This document shows positions 1 through 12,388 of a stretch of 64,000 nt of DNA, one piece after another. Every line of letters starts with the position of its first letter. Position 1 is the first letter of the stretch. The position numbers and the translations under genes were made by a program. This DNA comes from Octopus sinensis (Eukaryota): positions 19,034,001 through 19,098,000 of the forward strand of contig NC_043017.1 of the NCBI RefSeq assembly GCF_006345805.1, written 5' to 3'. The notes under the pieces were generated by a model that had not been told where the DNA came from, made no database searches, and saw nothing but the letters and a program-made list of their open reading frames with translations.

Positions 1-35
1 ATATATATATGTATATATATATATATGTATGTATG

Positions 36-67
<32 letters not shown>

Positions 68-73
68 TGTATG

Positions 74-122
<49 letters not shown>

Positions 123-161
123 GTATGTATGTATATATATATGTATGTATATATAATATAT

Positions 162-372
162 GGTACTACTAGCGTACAGTGGTCCCGGTGCGCGTACTCG
201 CGTCTCCGGGCTAGCTAGTCATAAGTAGTCGATCCTACGACTAACTAGCAAAGTAAATAAAACACAATAAATTATTTTTTTAAACAGTAACAGAAATACA
301 AAGTAAGGATCGACTGGTCATGACTAGCTTGCGCGTGTGTGCGCACCGGGACCACTGATCGCTAATGGTACC
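162..372. mobile_element. MITE-like element with long imperfect terminal inverted repeats, inside a TA microsatellite
   Basis: ggtactactagcgtacagtggtcccggtgcgc versus reverse complement of gcgcaccgggaccactgatcgctaatggtacc (28/32); inner gctagtcat/agtcgatcct segments also mirror. Confidence 0.75.
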
Positions 373-1474
373 TATATATATATGTATATATACGAAAGCC
401 TTCCACCTGCCATCTTCACATGCAAGGCATTCATCGACCCAGAGCTTATGCGGCACTTGTCCAAAGTGCCGTACAGTGGGACTTAACTAGTTGCTGCAAA
501 GCCATACCTGCATCTTCTCTAATTACAGATAATAATCTCTATCGCCTTAATTGTATTAAGAAAGAATTGTCTTTAGATTGAAGATTGGATAATATATATA
601 AGCCCTATTTTTATTTTAATGGCAATTAACAAATTTCTATAAAAAGACCTTATCTCACGGAGCCTTTATAACAGGTTAGCCCTTACCATAGTGATCCTCG
701 TCATTTTTTGTTTACTAGGTAGAGGAAAAAGTTCGTGCACTGTGTTAAAATAATGGACTGAATGAACAACACTCACCATAGATATATTAAAAAGCATTAT
801 TTTAACACGGCGCGCGAACTTTGTCTTCAACCTAATAATATATCTGGAAATGAAGAGAACAGGGCATGGCATTTTTAGGGAATATTTATTTACCTAGCAG
901 CTCGGATGTACCGGGTAGAACTCTGTTTTTTAAGCACTTGAATTGTGAACACTTGATGCTGAACAAAGGGATTTTGCCACCCGACTCGCGTGTACGGGAT
1001 GCCCTCTTGATTTTATTAGTAAAGAAAAATACAAATGAAGAGAAATAAGCAGGCAGTATTAAAGTATGGTCAAAATTGTCACCAGTAGGGAGCAAACCTA
1101 CCTGTTGGTAATAAGTAAAAGGGGATATTGAATATTTATGATGGGGCGAATATTCGAATGACTGAAAACATTGTTTATTGTGGTAGGTATATTTCAAGTC
1201 TCAGACGTGTGTGAGTGTATATATTAGAGCTTTTTGGGTCTTATTTCTAGCAATGTAGGTATTAGAACACAATTGTCATATTTAGAGACGATTGTAGATT
1301 TCCTTTTTGGTAACAAGTTACATACGGCTGTCTATATTATATATATGTGTGTGTGTGTATCCTATATATATTTTCATATATAAATATATGTATGTATAAG
1401 AAGTATTGGTGTCAAGAAGACCCAAAGGTGTCAGGTAACGCTAAGTGCTATATATATGTGTGTGTGTGTGTATG

Positions 1475-1551
<77 letters not shown>

Positions 1552-4399
1552 CAAAGATCGATAATTACATTAACGATCTTTTCCCTATTTATATAAATGT
1601 ATATACATATATGTGTGTGTGTGCGCGCGTATGAAACTTTTACGACAATCTTGTGGTCCGACTCTTTATTTGAATAAATTTCATCTCATTCGCCTAAATC
1701 TTTCTGCCGATGAAATTATTATTGTTTGTTGAGTATAATACTTGACTTCTGACTTAGGTAGGGTGACGAGATTTTATGTGAAATATCTGGAGTGGTGGAT
1801 CTTCAGGTGCCGCAGTAAAAACATTTTTTCGGATGGGGTCAGAGTGCGGTCAGGTCACAACCACCATCATCATTATCCTTCGATCACCTATTTACTGACT
1901 GGTACAACTACTGTCACCACCACCGTTCAGAGTAACCTCTACCAGTTCGTTCGCCTTGTTAGAAATAGCAGACATGTGTCCTTAAATCACACTCTCCCGC
2001 AGGCTTAGGCAACTTTTTTTCGAGAAGTGGGTCGCATGAAGTATGATTAGTTATCAAGCGGGTCGCACCAAAAAAATGCAAGATAATTTTTCTTGTTATT
2101 TAGAAAACCTGGCGGCCTGCTGTTTGCCCATAACTGTTCTGTCGTCTTCAATAAGAACGTTAAGTTTGAATGTCGTCTGCTATAAAGACGATAAAACTAT
2201 CGAGCCGTGTGACCTTATGGCTGCAAAGCAAACTGCTTAACTAATTCGGCTGTGCCTGTGCTACATAGATCTTTTATATCTTATCTGTTTGTCAATGAAC
2301 TGCGGTCAAGCTGGAGCACAGCTTTGAAAGGTTTAGTCTAGTGATTTTCAACTTGAGTCAGTATAGGATTTGGTGGTGGTGTCCACGCAAACATTAGTAA
2401 ATTGGATCTACAGTATTATTTTAAGGGCTGGTGAAGAAAATTTGCTACAGATGTATTTATTGCGAGAAACAGTCAAGTTTCTTTCTCTAAAGTTTTACAG
2501 ATACATGTTAACGTGCGATAAAGAATTATCTATAAAACTGTTTAACATCACATGGAAACGAGGTGTTCACCAGTATAAAAGGGCTCTCCAGTTAAAATAT
2601 GCTTCAGAAACACTGGTGTACTCGAACAAAAATCGACCCCATTACTTATTTTTAAAGCTTGGTAGTGATTCTACTGATGTCTTTTGCCGATCCGCTAGTT
2701 GCGGGGACGTAAACAAGCCAATACGTCCAGCGGTGTTGAGGATACAAATACAAATTCATACATGTATACATACAGCACACGCACTCGACGGGCTTCTTTC
2801 AATTTCCGTCTCAAAAATTATTTACAACCCTTTATTCGTCCCGGAGCAATAGTAGAGGACTCTTGCCAAAAGTGCCGTGCAGTCAGACTGAACCCAAAAC
2901 CCCATGGTTGGGAAGTAAGCTCCTTAACCACACGCCTGGTTAAATACTCTTTTAATACTGTGACCCGCTTTATGCAATATCAAACAAAACCCTCTTATTA
3001 CATTGCTTTGCTTTTAACTGTTACTGCAGATTCTCTGTAAATGTGTGCATGTTTATATTTGAATGGTGACCAAGCTAGAGCAGAGTCTCTGCGTACCACC
3101 AGAGTTCGCGGGACTGAATTTCAAATTATTCCCGCCACAATCTCAACTGCTGATAATTTGAAATCGATTTCAGATTAACGCTCCTCAAAATATTACATTT
3201 TTTCCTTAGTAGTAGTAGTAGGAGTGGTAAGTGACTATAGTAGTGGCAATATGAATAGTTAGAAGTGGTGGTGATGGCGGTCGCGTTAGTAGAAGTGGTG
3301 GTGGACTTAGCAGTATTAATAGGCAGCAGAAGTGGTGGTGGTAATGGGGGCTTTAATAGTAGTTGTTAATAAATGTGGTGTTAGCAGTACCAGCAGTTAG
3401 TAATGTCGGCGATGGCGAAGTAGTAGTGAAAGCAGTATCAATGGCTGTATTTGAAATAATCCCAAGGGGACAGGATTTTAAAGGGAAGAGGTGTTATCAC
3501 ATCGACCTCGGTACTTTATCTAATCGACCCAGGAAGGATGAAAAACAGGGTTAAATTCAGAAAGATCTGAACTCAAAACGTAAAAAGCCGCAAGACATTT
3601 TTTTTCTTCCCCGACTTCTGCCAACTCGTTGCCTTGCTCTAATAACTAATGCCACATACTTTATATCACATCTTTAGTGGTGATTGTATAGTATATACTG
3701 GCTCTTTACGTTCTGGGGTTAGCTTTGCCTTTCCCCTTTTCCGGGTCGATAAAATAAAGTACCAGTCGAGCACTGGGGTCGGTGTAATTGACGAAACACT
3801 TCACCTTAAAATTGCTGGCCTTCTCCCAATAATTGGAACCAGCGCATAATGGCGAGATATTTGTATGAAAACTTTTCAGGACGTTGGATTAGCGTTTCGG
3901 ACAAGCGTCCTTGGTTATTTCTGCTGACTCTTAACGGTCTGAGTTCAAATTTGCTTTTTATCCCTCGGATTCAATAAAATGAAGTCCAAATCAAATACTG
4001 AGGTCGATAGTATCAAACTTGCTAGTCTTGTGCCTAAATCAGAAAGAATTGCTTTTCAACAAAGGTGACTCGTTCAAAGGGTAAATTTTCGTGGGAAGCC
4101 ACAAATACAGAAATTATACTTCCTATATAAGTGAGTGAACTAGGAAACGAAACGCAACCTGATATTGTCAACTTACTGCAATGGAAAAAGCAAGAACCAG
4201 AAGCATCTTCAAACACAAGAGTTATGAGAAAACTACCAAACATTCACAGCTAGTTGTGGTTTGTTTTGTACATTCAAATGACGGTTTAATAACCTACATG
4301 GCATCCGTATGTCTAGTGAAACTGCGTGTACAAACGCCCAGGCCATTAAGAAATTTCTCCTGGTTCTTAAGACTATGATCACACGGGCGCTACCTCTCA

Positions 4400-4690
4400 T
4401 TTGCCATTAAATTATATCCAGAGTAGATGAAACAGGCGTTTTCTGGAAAAGTATGTTATCTTGCACATTTTACTTCCGAAAATACTTTTTGAAAATGCTT
4501 CTGTATTCAAGACCGGAAAAGACTGTTTGACTCTCGTGCTTGGACAATAAGTGATTCAAAAGATTTTAAACTGATGCCAATGTTTGTTTATTTTTCAGAA
4601 GCACCGTGACCACAAACGGGAATATCTAGAATGATATCTGCCTGTGATTTTAGAATAAAATAAGGAGGCCTGTGTAATAATATTAAAATG
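4400..4690 (+). mobile_element. Degraded Tigger/pogo-type DDE transposase fragment
   Basis: Translates VDETGVFWKSML and FKTGKDCLTLVLG, with stops and frameshifts. Confidence 0.7.
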
Positions 4691-5534
4691 ATATATAAGC
4701 TTTTAAATCGGTTCAAATATGTTTGTGATGTATTTAAACTTAAAAATGGCCATTTTTATTACAGTTTGCAGTGGAGAAAATTCTCGTTTTGGGCAAAGAG
4801 TGTTAAACACCAACTCATCTCAGGGCGCCGTCGATCTGACCAATGAAGGTATTTCTAGCTCAATGGGTATCATCAGTAACAGTTACTATAGAGACAATCC
4901 TGAGATGACTTTGGAAGAGACAACAGCCTTGAAGAATTTTAGTCGAACGAATCAGCACCAGTACTACTTTTTTTTAAAAGCCTGGTACTTATTCTATGGG
5001 TCTTTTTCCTTTTTTTTTTTGCTGAACCGCCAAGTCATGGAGACGTAAACAAACTAACACCGTTTGTGAAGCAATGGCAGGGAACATTCGCACGGCTTAA
5101 ACAAATCGAACGGCTAATTTACGGACTTCAACAAACTCAAGTTGTAAAGCAGCGGTGGGGAACCCACACACAGACGATGACCTTTCAGTTTCCGTCTGCG
5201 AAATCCACTCTCAAGGCTTTCTCCGGCCCCAGGCTATGAGAGAACAAAGCCTCAATGTGCGGCATTGGAACTGAACCCAAAACCATGTGATTACAAAGTG
5301 AGATCCTTAACGAAGTGGGTTAGGGTTCAGTCCCAACGGGCGGCAGATTAGGCAAGTGTGTTCTGCTATGGCCCCCGGGCCGATCAAAGCCTTGCGAATT
5401 AATTTCATAGACAGAAACACGTCACGCGCGCGAATGTGTGTGTGTGTGTGTGTTCCCCACCACGAGTTTACAACTTGTGTTTGTTGTTTATTTAAGTCCT
5501 TTAATCTGAAGCTGTTCAGCGACGTGTAACCAAA

Positions 5535-6035
5535 AGAATACCCTCCATCAGGCATTTGCCATATCCTGAACGCCTTACTTCCCTGGGCATGGACACATTG
5601 AAACTCCGACGTCTGGCAGCTGACTTGGCAGACACCCATAAAATTATCAACCATCACACAAACAATAACTCTGAGCACCTCTTCAAACTCCACCCATCTA
5701 ACACCCGTGGACATATTTACAAAGTAAGAAAACAGCTCAGCTCCCATGACTTCAGGAAACATTTTTTCACGCTGAGAGTTGCTGAAGCATGGAACAAACT
5801 GCCGGCATCGGTTGTTAGTTGTCGGAGCACTGCATCCTTCAAAACTTCCATGCTTTCTGAGATTCGCCAACACTACACTTGATTTTCTCCCCTCCATACA
5901 CACACAAGCTGTATCTGACTCATACACTGTTCGCTTTCCAGACATTTCTACATTACTGCATGTAATTTATATGCACTTTCTGACAAGTTGTGGTGCACCT
6001 GAGCACTGTATACAATAATTTCATTATTATTATTT
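5535..6035 (+). mobile_element. CR1-like LINE 3' fragment (RT C-terminus, 3'UTR, (ATT)n tail)
   Basis: ORF 5556-5882 with YPERL, TRGH..K, FFTLRV..WNKLP signature; related copies at 53020-53290 (-), 56810-56930 (-), 61095-61920 (-). Confidence 0.85.
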
Positions 6036-6799
6036 GAAAACGATTTAAAATTATCAGTGGTTAAGGTTGTAGCGGGAATAATTTTGAAATCACTTCCCGC
6101 GAACACTGGTGGTACGCACAGAGACGGTGCTCCGGTGTGGCCACAATTCAAATATAAACGCGCGCGCATTTACAATGAATCTACAGTAACAGTTAAAAGC
6201 GAGTCTTGTTTGATATTACATAAAGCGGGACACAGCATTAAAAGAGTATTTAACGAATATCTAGGCGCAGGCGTGGGCGTGTGGTTAAGGAGCTTACTTC
6301 CCAACCATGGGGTTTGGGGTTCAGTCTGACTGCACAGCACTTTTGGCAAGAGTCCTCCACTATTGCCCCGGGACGAATAAAGGCTTGTAAATAATTTTTG
6401 AGACGGAAACAGAAATAAACCATTGTGTGTGTGTGTGAGTTTGTGTTTGTTCCTTCACCACAGCTTTACATCTGGTGTTTGTTTCAGTCTGTGAATGAGC
6501 AGTTCGGCAAAAAGGAACTGATAGAATAGTACCAGATTAAAAAAAAAATGTAATGGGATCAATTTGTTTGACTAAAACCCTTCAAAGCTGTGCCCCAGCA
6601 TGGTCACTGTCCACTGACTGAAACAAGTAAAAGACAAAGGATAAGTGTATATGTCTCTCTCTCTCATATATACCACTCGACAACTGCGTGCCTCCACCGA
6701 TTATCGGTGAGCCGGGCGACGTGTCCAGCCCATCTATACTCGCCGGGATATCAAAAAGGAGATCTCACGGAGAGTAAGGGCCGGATGGAAGGCGTTCAA

Positions 6800-7060
6800 T
6801 GGCATAAGGAATGTGCTCAAGGGAAGGTTGGACAGGACAACCCGCGCCAACCTCATTAACAGTGCAGTTCTGCCTGCAATGTTATATGGTAGTGAAACAT
6901 GGGCTACCACAAAGAGAGAAGAGCAAAGACTGATAACGGCTCAAAGAGCCATGGAAAGGTCAATGCTTGGTATCTCGTTGAGAGAGCACATAAATAGCAA
7001 CATCATCAGAAAGAAGTCCGGCGTGAGAGATGTCATCGCAGAGTATACTCGCAGCAAGTA
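6800..7060 (+). mobile_element. RTE-like LINE reverse transcriptase fragment
   Basis: VLPAMLYGSETW..T...QRAMERSMLG signature. Confidence 0.8.
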
Positions 7061-7243
7061 TAGAAGTATATATATGTATATATATACATACATGGATAAA
7101 TTAAGAAATTCATGTTATACAAAAATATCTCACTTAACCCTGCAATTTCTACCTTTATAAGTAGCCTGTAATATCCTTGGCACGTGAATTTTTGCCACCC
7201 TGGTAACTATTTATCTATTTCCCTTTGTTATTTGTACACATTG

Positions 7244-7284
<41 letters not shown>

Positions 7285-7349
7285 ATTCTCTCGTCCTGAA
7301 TGACAAATGAGGGTTCAGTAAAATAAGTGTTAATCATGTTCTATGGACA

Positions 7350-9320
7350 TGAATGTGTCTCTTGAGGCCTGCTGGTACCTTGCAAACCATTTTGCAAATG
7401 GAACGAGTCGAGGACTCAGTTTGCTTAAGTGCTTGTGGATTATTTACTATGTGTTTTCTTGAGTGGATAGCAAGACCTGCTTTGCTTCATGCCACAAAAC
7501 CGCAGTGACAGGTAAGGTTTCTATTCAGAGAAACAGTGTTTTGCCAGCGTGCCTTCATGCTTGCACGAAGTTGGTCCCGGTGTTGGAGTCAATTTCGCTC
7601 AAATCTTTGAACTGAAGAGAAGCAGGACTGGTGCCAGGTCCTGCGTTCTGATGCTTTGTTTTTCCCAGGAAGAAAAAGGAATGTTGTTGCATCACTTCAT
7701 ATTGTCTTTTAGTTTGTCTTTGAAACACAAGAGTAGCCTTCCAACTGACTTTCCTGTTGGGAATTGGCCAAAGAGAAGTTGCTTTGGAATTCTGATATCA
7801 CTCATACGAAAGAGAAGACCTGACCGTCTAAGCTGTATTTTGATGAGGATAGCTCCAATACTTGATATGTTGCATTTTGTTAGTACCTCACTGTTATGAA
7901 TATGATCACTCGGTTTTATGTTGGAGATAGTACGCTAGCATCGCATATGAAAAGTGTCAGGTTGGTTGATAGGCTTTCGGTATAAAGTCCAAGATTCAGC
8001 ACCATAAAACAATGTTGTCAAAATCAACGACTTATATACATTAACTTTCACCTGTGATAAAGCTTATAGAAAGCGGAGCTAGCCTCCCCGTTTCCACACT
8101 CAATTTCTTTATCTATCTTCGCATCATTCGACACAATGGAGCTAAGATAAGTGAAGGAGGAAACAGTTTCTAATGCTTTCCCATCAACATATACAATAGC
8201 GGCAACAGCGGGAAGATAGTCACGAATGGGCTGATGGACAAGCTCAGTTTTCTTGATGCTCATCATCATCATTGTTCGACCGTGGTCGAGACAATGGAAT
8301 TTACTATGTTACGCCAGACTTCACGGTCCATCATAGCATTACGGAGGTCCTGTTGCTGGATGCCTGTATCCCTGGAGATTACATCAGGGTAGGAGAGTGT
8401 GCGCCCTCTGGTATTGCGAGTAGATGGCTTCCAGAGGAGAAGAATAGAAATTACTTCTTTTTCAGCTCTACAACACTGTCCAGCAAACTGGACTCTCCTA
8501 CCTTTCACAAGAGATGACACAGGTGGTAATTTCCCATATATTTGCATTTTGGTTGGATGGCGCTTCCACGAGAGATTTTGAGCTCTCATAAGGAGGCGAG
8601 TGTAGGTTCCATCCAACCGCCTCTCAAGCTTCTTTGATAACGTCCAGGTTTCTGAGCCATATAGTAGAATTGGTTCGACTGTGGCTTTGAATATTTCAAG
8701 TTTGAAGTCTCTACTTAGATTTGATGACCAGATCTTATGCATGTCTTTCTTGATGCTGGTGGTCAGACAAAAGCCTTCGATGCACGCGAGAAGTTGTTAA
8801 GAATCCATTGCCTGTCCTCAAGAGTGTGTGCTACAAGTGCACAATCATCTGAGAAGAGTAAGTCTCAAACTGTTTGCACCAACGTCTAAATTTTTGCTTT
8901 GAAGTGCTGTTTGTTGAACAAACTTTACTCCTTCTTTAACACCCTCGAACGCTGTTTCCTACATGACAGAGAAATACAAAACAAATAAGAGTGGTGGTGC
9001 AAGAACACAGCCTTGTTTTCTCCCATTTGAGACTGTGAATGAATCGGACACTTCCCCGCTAGATCTGAGAGAGCCATCATCCCTTGCTAGAAAGAAATTA
9101 TGACAACGAGCCTCTTTTCTGAAACATCAAGCTTTCTATGATAATTGTTATGTAATCATCACAACAAACATGAACAATCAACGTTGCCCATTGTCTCCCT
9201 TGATACAAGGACATTCAGTAGGTTTCCCGCCACAACAAATACCTTGTACAACAACGGCAGTCTAATAAAGTATCTCGTATCGTTAACACGTTGTTTCAGT
9301 CTCTCTCATTTTCTTAATCT
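7350..9320 (-). mobile_element. Degraded RTE (BovB-like) LINE, split by a younger LINE insertion
   Basis: Minus-strand remnants KQGCVLAP, FSDDCALVAH, SIKKTE..HQP, FTYLSS, IPKQLLFG.....KDKLK in RT order with stops and frameshifts. Confidence 0.8.
8261..8745 (-). mobile_element. Young 5'-truncated RTE-like LINE with (TGA)n tail and 12-bp TSD
   Basis: Intact 157-aa RT C-terminal ORF (LLYGSETW); TSD tttcttgatgct at 8249-8260 and 8746-8757. Confidence 0.9.
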
Positions 9321-9869
9321 TTCATACTAAGTACTCACTATTTCCTTTAATACTCAATACATTATATATATATAACAACAACAATAATAACGAGGATTTT
9401 TTAATGGAACTTCATAAACCTTTTAATGTATTGCTACGTATTTATCCACAAATCACATGTTTTTGTTGCTGCATTCCTTATCCAAAGGACGTTATAAATA
9501 TGATTCGAAATATCCATGCATGTCAAAGGGAATCATTAATACATGTATTTGTTTCTTCAAGCAAAAATTGCATTAGTCTGCTGGTTGTATCGAATATATA
9601 GATAAGGAATATTTCTCCAATTTCTCCAATCAGAACTAAGAAAAATTTTTATATCCTTGCACCAAATAAAGGAAAAACAAAGACTTCGTTTATCGGAGCA
9701 TTAGAAATTACCGCAAATAATGCAGAAATTTGTCCTGATCAAGAGGCTTATCCATGGGAAAAGACATGAAATGAGAAGGAAAAAAATCGAAATAAAGGCC
9801 TTCGATTGTGAGAATTGCTTAGCCACGACGAACTACTTAACTAATGTGTGTGTGTGTGTGTGTGATACA

Positions 9870-10030
9870 AAAATGTTCACATAGTGGTTTATTTCATTCT
9901 TTTGTTTAACAGTAAAAAGATATTGCGAAGGATACGACTTTGAAGCTAAAGTATTGTTGGCGCTTGATAATGCTACAGTCGCTCCCAGAATCGGGATTTA
10001 CCTTCAAAACCCGCATTTCTGTTCTAAAAA
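9870..10030 (+). mobile_element. Second degraded Tigger/pogo DDE fragment
   Basis: Translates MFT*WF..F...VKRYC...KVLLALDNA. Confidence 0.6.
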
Positions 10031-10454
10031 CTCTACTGCAGAACCAGTAACACCCGATTGAATTGTAACGTCTGAACACCTCAGTTACAACCTCAACATA
10101 ATGGAAATCACGAGCCAATTTACTGAGAATTACTCTGACTGGGAGCTCAATAACAGAGAAAAGAGGAGTATTCTGCACATGATATCATTTGGTAGCGAAG
10201 GCTACAACGACGATGAAAGGGAAGATCGAAAACGGAAAAAAGTTCGAGCGAATCAGTTCTTGTGTATCCGTGAGAGATTTGTGTCAGCAATGTTAGTGAA
10301 CTGGGGTAGTTGTTGCATTCCACAACCGAAGTTGGGTGGTGTAAGTTGCACAATTATAGATCTTTGATGTGCTGTGACCACTGACCATAGAGGTTTTAAG
10401 CACTTAGAAGATTTTGGTGCTCAACATGCATGTAATTCAAAATATAAATAATAA

Positions 10455-10850
10455 TCTTTATATATAAAAGTGAAGTTGTGTGTCTGTCTCCTACGATTTA
10501 GATTCCTAACTACTCCCACATTTTGCGGTGCAGTTTAACCAAAACCGGGTATCTTATAGTCGTGATTCATATCGAGCCCTTCTGGGTATTAGCGCGCGTC
10601 TACGATGGGTCTACGATTAAAAAAAAAATTACCATCATTTTTTTCCATTTTAATGCATTTTTTCGCTATTATATAAGGGAAGTAACTCTCTAAAAATGTC
10701 TAAGATGAGCCAACGATTTAAAAAAAATTTACCATAATTTTTTTTCCATTTTTAATGCATTTTTTTGCTATTTTTTGGCTATAACTCTCTAAAAATGCTT
10801 ATATAGTTATTTCCCTTACAAACCCGAGCAACGCCGGGCGATACTGCTAG
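10455..10850 (+). mobile_element. Non-autonomous Helitron, 396 bp
   Basis: A|TC 5' end, 3' hairpin cccg-agcaacgc-cggg, CTAG|T end; internal duplication of about 100 bp. Confidence 0.88.
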
Positions 10851-11772
10851 TAAACCATAAAATAAAAATTTATTTTTCTAAATAAAATAAAATGAAGAGT
10901 AAGATGGAAAATAACGTTTATTTTTGTACACTTCATTTATACTTGAAAAGGCTTCTACTTCTTTTTAATAGTAAAGTACTTGATCAGATCCTTACTACGA
11001 CACCATGAACATTTCACAGTTATATTTCCATTTGTATAAACCACTTTGAATATTATTTTAGCAGGTTTAAAGTGATTTCTTTTGTATCGTAAACTATCTA
11101 TCATTTCTGTGGTGCAACCCCACCTTCCTTGGTGCCCTAAGTACGCGTTTATTTTGCTTAATGGTTAATCCAGCGCTGAGTCGAAACCAGGTGATTTCAA
11201 AACAAGCTTCTTAAGCACCAGCCTTGCTTGCACCTACATTCATAAGACTTTGTGAAGAAGTCTGAAGACACATAAAAGGTTTGATCAACGTTTGTCTTCA
11301 AAACCTTAAATAGTCGCTACAAAGACAGAATAGCCAATATTGACAGACTAAATTAAACAAAAACAGATTTGTAGTCTTTGTCTTCAAGAAATAACTAAGA
11401 TAGAGAAATTATATTTGAGGGTAAAATATAAACGTCAGCCGAAGTAAATTTGATTCCAGTTTAAATAAGGCAAACATAACAGACGCAGCCAATTGAAAAG
11501 ATTCAAAGACTTCCATAAAGCTAATGGAGCGAATATCTGCCATTTGTTGTATTCGTTGTGCATCAGAGGTATAAACGTTAATTTGCATATCGGCTGTTTA
11601 TTTATTTATTTTTTTTTGTCAACAACCGTCTGACGCCAGACAGAAAAGCATAAATTGAGTAGCCTGCATCCTTACCTTTTGTTAACAGTCAATTGGTGCA
11701 ACAGCCGTTCATCCATCCAGGCGTGAATAGACGTGATTACGTCTTTACCAGTCAACGGTTACAATAGCCTCA

Positions 11773-12004
11773 TACAGGCGGCGAGCTGGCAGAAACGTTA
11801 GCACGCCGGGCGAAATGCTTAGCGGTATTTCGTCTGCGTTACGTTGAGTTCAAATTCCGCCGAGGACGACTTTGCCTTTCATCCTTTCGGGGTCGATAAA
11901 TTAAGTACCAGTTACGCACTGGGATCGATGTAATCGACTTAATACCTATGTCTGTCCTTGTTTGTCCCCTCTGTGTTTAGCCCCTTGTGGATAATAAAGA
12001 AATA
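11773..12004 (+). mobile_element. tRNA-derived SINE with Nin/Deu-like core and 16-bp TSD
   Basis: ggcggcgagctggcag head, gcctttcatcctttcggggtcgataaa core; TSD ggttacaatagcctca at 11757-11772 and 12005-12020. Family copies at 16929-17146 (14-bp TSD), 22352-22585 (16-bp TSD), 38820-39040. Confidence 0.88.
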
Positions 12005-12388
12005 GGTTACAATAGCCTCACGTCTATCCACACGTCAACAGATGTGCCTACGTCATCACCTGGACCAGTCAACTATAGTAACGTCTACGAATATGTGGAA
12101 CTGAATCCTTTCCCGGCTCCCTGAATATTAAAATACTAGGATTCTAATAAACCCTACAACTGATTATATGTGTGTGTGTATGTAGCTTGCTTCCCATCCA
12201 CATGGTTCCGGGTTCAGTCCCACTGCGTGACACCTTAGGCAAGTGTCTTCTACTTTAGCCTTGAGCCAACCAAAACGTTGTGAGAGGATTTGGTGGACGG
12301 AAACTGAAAGAAGCCCGTCGTATATCCATGTGTATATATTTCTGTGTGTTTTTGCTTCCTCCCTTCTTGCCATCACCGGTTGACAACT

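Noticed and set aside
775-1165. Apparent three-exon minus-strand gene (SFEYSP.../GIPYTRVGW.../YIIRLKTK...) with compatible phases
   Set aside because: Needs a 50-nt intron, the last exon overlaps the 728-822 inverted repeat, and the peptide resembles nothing I recognise.
5307-5945. 212-aa minus-strand ORF, the longest in the track
   Set aside because: Antisense shadow of the CR1-like fragment plus SINE sequence.
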